Of a DNA stretch of 64,000 nucleotides, positions 59,916 through 64,000 are shown in pieces. Numbering within the stretch: position 1 is the stretch's first letter; every line of letters starts with the position of its first letter. The translations under genes and the position numbers were made by a program. Location: positions 492,769 to 556,768 of the forward strand of contig OZ244779.1 of assembly GCA_965219575.1 (NCBI GenBank), written 5' to 3'. This stretch comes from Candidatus Oxydemutatoraceae bacterium (lineage in GTDB: Bacteria; Pseudomonadota; Gammaproteobacteria; Poriferisulfidales; Oxydemutatoraceae). The notes under the pieces were generated by a model that was given only the letters and a program-made list of their open reading frames with translations, was not told the DNA's origin and did not search any database.

Positions 59916-60476
59916 TCATTGCGTGCTTCGGCTGTCTAGCTCTTCGCCCAAAGACCACTTGAGCTTATTTAATTCGTCCCAAACCGCCTTGACTTTGTCT
60001 CTATATCTTTGCGACAAGTGCGGCGTATTTGAATGGTACGAACCCACGCCCTCCCAGATACCCTTTTGCCTAATCTTGTTTGCCAATATCCACGCACCCA
60101 CTGCGATATTTTTGCAAGGGATTTTCAAGTCTGCAGAACTGATGCCGTGCCGATCGAGTGTGTCTTTCCATACCGTATTGATTTGCATCAAACCGATGTC
60201 CCACGAACCGTTTTTGTTGTAGCGAATAGGTGTATCGGTTCTATCGGCAGTCTCTACATATTTAACCGCCAACAGCAACAACGGGTCTAATTCATACTGG
60301 TGTGCGGCGGTTGCGATGCAGACGGCAATATCCGTAGACACATCCACTTTAGTGTTGACATTGGCAGCAACGGAATGTGCAGCCAACACGATAAAGGTCA
60401 ATATATATTTAATATAGTCGTTCATATTTATACTCCTGTGCAATTTGAAATTACTCATGCGAACAGAGTATCCCAA
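59916..60476 (-). CDS. Lytic transglycosylase (SLT domain)
   Basis: C...AA..Y..DP.LL.AV..VE, N.NGS.DIGLMQIN, NI.VGAWIL and G.YHS; likely start ~60425. Confidence 0.92.
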   Translation of the reverse strand: MGYSVRMSNFKLHRSINMNDYIKYILTFIVLAAHSVAANVNTKVDVSTDIAVCIATAAHQYELDPLLLLAVKYVETADRTDTPIRYNKNGSWDIGLMQINTVWKDTLDRHGISSADLKIPCKNIAVGAWILANKIRQKGIWEGVGSYHSNTPHLSQRYRDKVKAVWDELNKLKWSLGEELDSRSTQ

Positions 60477-60499
60477 CCCGTATAACGAGTTCCGGACAT

Positions 60500-60533
60500 T
60501 CCGACGAACGGTAGCGAATATCCGACGGAAGGT
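60500..60533 (-). promoter_or_regulatory. Paired LytTR/AlgR-type boxes upstream of the T4SS operon
   Basis: Minus strand ACCTTCCGTCGGA and ACCGTTCGTCGGA with 21-bp period; ACCGTTCGTC is the AlgR consensus. Confidence 0.55.
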
Positions 60534-60594
60534 ACCGGCACTAGATATTTCGGTGCTTTGCGGTGCGGCTCATTTCGGGGTAACCGACATGTGT

Positions 60595-61305
60595 AGGGGC
60601 GAACCATTCCCCTCTCCGTAGGGGTGACAGGCGCAGCCTGACGGGGTGGTCGCCGCGTAGGGATTGTTGAAAAAATATCGTTCTGCACGACACCAACCGC
60701 TATGTGCTGTGAATTTATAATAACCACCAAGCCGTAGGGGCAGTATAAAGCCGTCGATTGAGCCGGTAGGTCAATCGGCAACTCTGATGTCCGCCCTAAA
60801 GTACCGTTCCAGAATAGCCGCAACCGCTTGCGCCATAAATTTATAATAATCACCAAGCCGTAGGGGCAGTATAAAGCCGCCGATTGAGCCGGTAGGTCAA
60901 TCGGCAACTCTGATGTCCGCCCTTAGGGTGACAGGCGCAGCCTGACGGGGTGGTCGCTAAGGGGGGCTGTTGAAAGAGTACTGTGTTTGCAAAATTGCAA
61001 CCGCTTTGCGCCACGAATTTATAATAACTACCAAGCCGTAGGGGCAGTATAAAGCCGCCGATTGAGCCGGTAGGTCAATCGGCAACTCTGATGTCCGCCC
61101 TAAAGTACCGTTCCAGAATAGCCGCAACCGCTTGCGCCATAAATTTATAATAACCACCAAGCCGTAGGGGCGGACTAACATGTCCGCCCGTAAATGCATT
61201 GCGTCTGTACGATTTATACATTTATTCATCCAATTTATGGAAACCAAAACCAAATTGCGCAAGTGATTGGATTCTTGCGATACCTACACTTTTTCAACAG
61301 CCCCG
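60595..61305. repeat. Composite repeat block with 126-bp-period units
   Basis: AATTTATAATAA.CACCAAGCCGTAGGGGC recurs at 60711, 60837, 61015 and 61141; bounded by TGTTGAAA / TTTTCAACAGCCCC ends. Confidence 0.85.
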
Positions 61306-61390
61306 CGTATCTGCACTAGTTAATTCCCCTCCTCGTCAATTAACATCGCTCACCATCCGTACGACACCTAAATAATGTATAATCGCTCTT

Positions 61391-61930
61391 ATGGCTAAGC
61401 TAACGATAATCACTTACCCCGACCCGCGCCTTCGCAAAAAGGGCGCGCCCGTCGAGGTATTCGACGAAGAGATCATACGCATCAAAAACGATATGCTGGA
61501 AACGATGTATGATGCCGAAGGTGTCGGTTTGTCGGCAACACAAGTTGATATTCAAAAATCTATACTGGTTGCGGATACCTCGCAAAATCAAGACCAACCC
61601 ATCTGCTTGGTCAATCCCAAAATTACCGAAACAAACGGACAAGAAATAATGAACGAAGGCTGTCTCTCGGTGCCCGGCATCTTCGCCGATGTGCAGCGCG
61701 CCGAACACATTGTCGTCGAAGCACAAGACGAGTTCGGAAAACCGATACGAATTGAAACCGAGGGCTTGCTTTCCGTCTGCATACAACACGAAATGGATCA
61801 CCTGCAAGGCAAACTCTTCGTCGATTACCTCTCTGCCGAAAAACGCAGACTGGTTCTGGAAAAAGTCAAAGAAATCAAACGCACCGGTGAAATACCCAAA
61901 CGAGATAAAGTTCCTTATGCGCTTGGTTGA
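61391..61930 (+). CDS. def: Peptide deformylase
   Basis: GVGLSA.Q, EGCLSVP and QHEMDHL. Confidence 0.97.
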   Translation: MAKLTIITYPDPRLRKKGAPVEVFDEEIIRIKNDMLETMYDAEGVGLSATQVDIQKSILVADTSQNQDQPICLVNPKITETNGQEIMNEGCLSVPGIFADVQRAEHIVVEAQDEFGKPIRIETEGLLSVCIQHEMDHLQGKLFVDYLSAEKRRLVLEKVKEIKRTGEIPKRDKVPYALG

Positions 61931-61962
61931 CGCAGAAGTGTTGCATCAAGCAAGCGTACCCC

Positions 61963-62895
61963 ATGAGAATTATCTTTGCCGGAACACCCGAGTTTATACT
62001 GCCGGTATTACACGCCGTCGTATCGTCTAAACACAACATCGCCGCAATTCTCACCCGACCGGATCGACCCGCCGGCAGAGGCTTGAAACAAAGCCAAAGC
62101 CCCGTCAAACAAGAAGCCCTAGCACACGGCTTGCCGGTAATACAACCCGAAGCCTACACATCGCAAACCATAAATAACATCACCGCCCTGCAAGCAGACC
62201 TGATGATCACGATGAGCTACGGCATGCTATTACCCGATGAAATTCTCGCAAGCCTACCCGTAGGCTGTGTCAACATTCATACCTCGCTACTACCGCGTTG
62301 GCGCGGTGCCGCACCCATCGCCCGTGCTATTGAAGCCGGGGATACCGAAACCGGAATCAGCCTGATGCGCACAATCCCCGAACTCGATGCAGGCCCCGTT
62401 ATCAACCAATACCGATGTTCAATTAGCGAGGACGATACGACCCACAGCTTGGAGAAAAAACTCGCCGCATTAAGTGTCGAGAAAATTGCCGACTTGCTAC
62501 GCCATGACGACGACGAGATACACACACATATAAAACAAGCCCGCAAGCAACCCGAAACAGGCATCACCTACGCTCCCAAACTTAAAAAACAAGAAGCATG
62601 GATAGATTGGAACAACTCGGCGCAACATATCGCACGCAAAATCCGCGCCTATAATCCATGGCCTATTGCACAAACCTATTTAGGCAAACGCATATTGAGG
62701 ATATGGTCGGCACGCAGCTGCGACAACGATATGGAAACCGCACGGCTCAAAACTACCAAGCGAAAAGTCTACGCAGGATGCGGCAAAGGTGTTTTGGAAC
62801 TTTTAGAAGTGCAATTAGCCGGCGGCAAACCCATGCCCGCTGCCGCCCTCGCAAACGGATATGACATTAATAACGCCTCGCTGGGCATGATTTGA
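61963..62895 (+). CDS. fmt: Methionyl-tRNA formyltransferase
   Basis: MRIIFAGTPEF, PDRPAGRG, NIHTSLLPRWRGAAPI and LDAGP. Confidence 0.97.
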   Translation: MRIIFAGTPEFILPVLHAVVSSKHNIAAILTRPDRPAGRGLKQSQSPVKQEALAHGLPVIQPEAYTSQTINNITALQADLMITMSYGMLLPDEILASLPVGCVNIHTSLLPRWRGAAPIARAIEAGDTETGISLMRTIPELDAGPVINQYRCSISEDDTTHSLEKKLAALSVEKIADLLRHDDDEIHTHIKQARKQPETGITYAPKLKKQEAWIDWNNSAQHIARKIRAYNPWPIAQTYLGKRILRIWSARSCDNDMETARLKTTKRKVYAGCGKGVLELLEVQLAGGKPMPAAALANGYDINNASLGMI

Positions 62896-62899
62896 GCCA

Positions 62900-63220
62900 C
62901 TGCCCTCCTCGTAAGGGTGGTCGTGTCGTGGGACTGTTGAAAAAGTATCCACATCGCACAAATCTAACCGCTGTGCGCCACATAATTATCCCAACCACCT
63001 GTAGGGGCGGACTGGCATGTCCGCCCGTAACGCGTTGTCCCTGCACGATTTATACATTTATTTATTCAATTTATGGAAACCAAAACCAAATGGTGCAAGC
63101 GGTTACAGTTTTGCAGAACAGTGTTTTTTCAACAGCCTCTAAGGGTCTGCAAAAAGTGCAGTGCCGGTACATTCCCCCCTGCGAAAGGGTGGCAGGCGAA
63201 GCTCACCCGCCCTCCCGTAA
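62900..63220. repeat. MITE-like modular repeat
   Basis: GGGACTGTTGAAAAAGTA ... TTTTTCAACAGCC with GTAGGGGCGGAC..GTCCGCCCGTA hairpin. Confidence 0.8.
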
Positions 63221-63284
63221 AAATATAATGTACAACTGTTTATTCAGCTATAATCTCTTATTTCTGTTTGCCATTAAATAATTC

Positions 63285-64000
63285 ATGATGAAAAAAATAC
63301 TTTTGTTCTCTTTGCTGGTTTGTACCTGCGCAGAAGTCTTTGCTCAAAATCAAGATTCTTTCGCCTGTACCTATGGCCCTAAACCCTACTGGTTTGATGA
63401 CTATTGCTCAGATGAAAACAGAGCCGGGAACAATTGTCTAAATCGACTTACCGGTATTCATAAAATCCTTGATTGGAATAAAGAGAACTTCCGTATCTAT
63501 GGTGAAACTACTACTACCATGTTTTCTCTTGAAACTAGTGGTGGTATATATGGACACCCGGCATTTCAAAGAAGTATATTAAACCCCCTTGTCGCCGGTG
63601 AGGTTTTTCAATATCTAGGAATAAGTAGAAGAGATGTATATGACAACCTCTTCCCCGGGGCTGTGGCTACTGTGGCGAATACTTTCAATTTTATGAATCG
63701 TTTTCCAGAAACTCCGTTTGACTTTGAAAATGTTCAAGCTGTTGTTGTCACCGGTACGGGAAACAGAGATCGAAATTCTCCTAGTAAAACACTTAGAGGT
63801 CTTGTAAGTGAAAATCATGACTATAGAAATCTACCTTTTCCTTTAGCGGCTGGTGGGTATGATTATAGTGGATGGCTTCGTGCCTGCAAATACCCCGACC
63901 CGGATAATGTATTCCCCTCTGATTTGTGTAGAATATATAGAGCAAGTCGGTATTCTTGCCCGGGTGCTAGTGCAGTACGAAGTATACAAGGAGCCAGTGT
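63285..64000 (+). CDS. Secreted hypothetical protein, runs off the window end
   Basis: MMKKILLFSLLVCTCAEVFAQ signal peptide; frame open to 64000; VVVTGTGN weakly resembles a subtilase oxyanion segment. Confidence 0.65.
   Translation, partial: MMKKILLFSLLVCTCAEVFAQNQDSFACTYGPKPYWFDDYCSDENRAGNNCLNRLTGIHKILDWNKENFRIYGETTTTMFSLETSGGIYGHPAFQRSILNPLVAGEVFQYLGISRRDVYDNLFPGAVATVANTFNFMNRFPETPFDFENVQAVVVTGTGNRDRNSPSKTLRGLVSENHDYRNLPFPLAAGGYDYSGWLRACKYPDPDNVFPSDLCRIYRASRYSCPGASAVRSIQGAS

Noticed and set aside
60711-61180. Possible CRISPR array
   Set aside because: The 126-bp units are near-identical along their whole length, with no unique spacers and no cas genes; they belong to the dispersed repeat family

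Overview
The window looks like the chromosome of a sulfur-oxidising gammaproteobacterium, possibly a host-associated symbiont. That is an inference from dsrJOP, an Rpn gene, a large secreted subtilase and dense dispersed repeats. (i) 1-30.2 kb is an AT-rich accessory/defence-like island. It holds the end of an HNH gene, an HTH gene with a consensus promoter, a ~97-nt tRNA-shaped non-tRNA, and vsr + C5-methyltransferase + a GHKL-nuclease gene broken by an IS1595 and a frameshift. It also holds an Rpn nuclease, an intact five-gene operon (SIS-HAD / PRTase-like / P-loop ATPase / unknown / PfkB kinase), a subtilase, a four-gene operon (NinC-like PP-loop enzyme / GHKL ATPase / two unknowns), an AAA ATPase, an IS3, two IS-derived miniature elements and gene debris. 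(ii) 30.4-42.2 kb is mostly core: dsrJOP, an Ala/Gly symporter, lipA/lipB, an orphan methyltransferase-like gene, a nitrilase-family gene, a porin, an aminotransferase and tRNAs Asn/His/Arg/Pro. (iii) 42.3-60.5 kb has an AAA ATPase and a PFGI-1/ICEHin1056-type (MPF-G) T4SS operon with no coupling protein, relaxase or integrase in the window. The operon ends in two PBECR2-like RNase genes, each followed by a folded ~100-nt element, and is preceded by paired AlgR/LytTR-type boxes also found before the Rpn gene. (iv) def, fmt and a partial secreted protein close the window. The best candidates for new systems are the 7.9-15.1 kb operon, the 20.3-25.2 kb operon and the reduced T4SS with its RNase/RNA cassettes. 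All family calls come from recognising motifs by eye; no searches were run.
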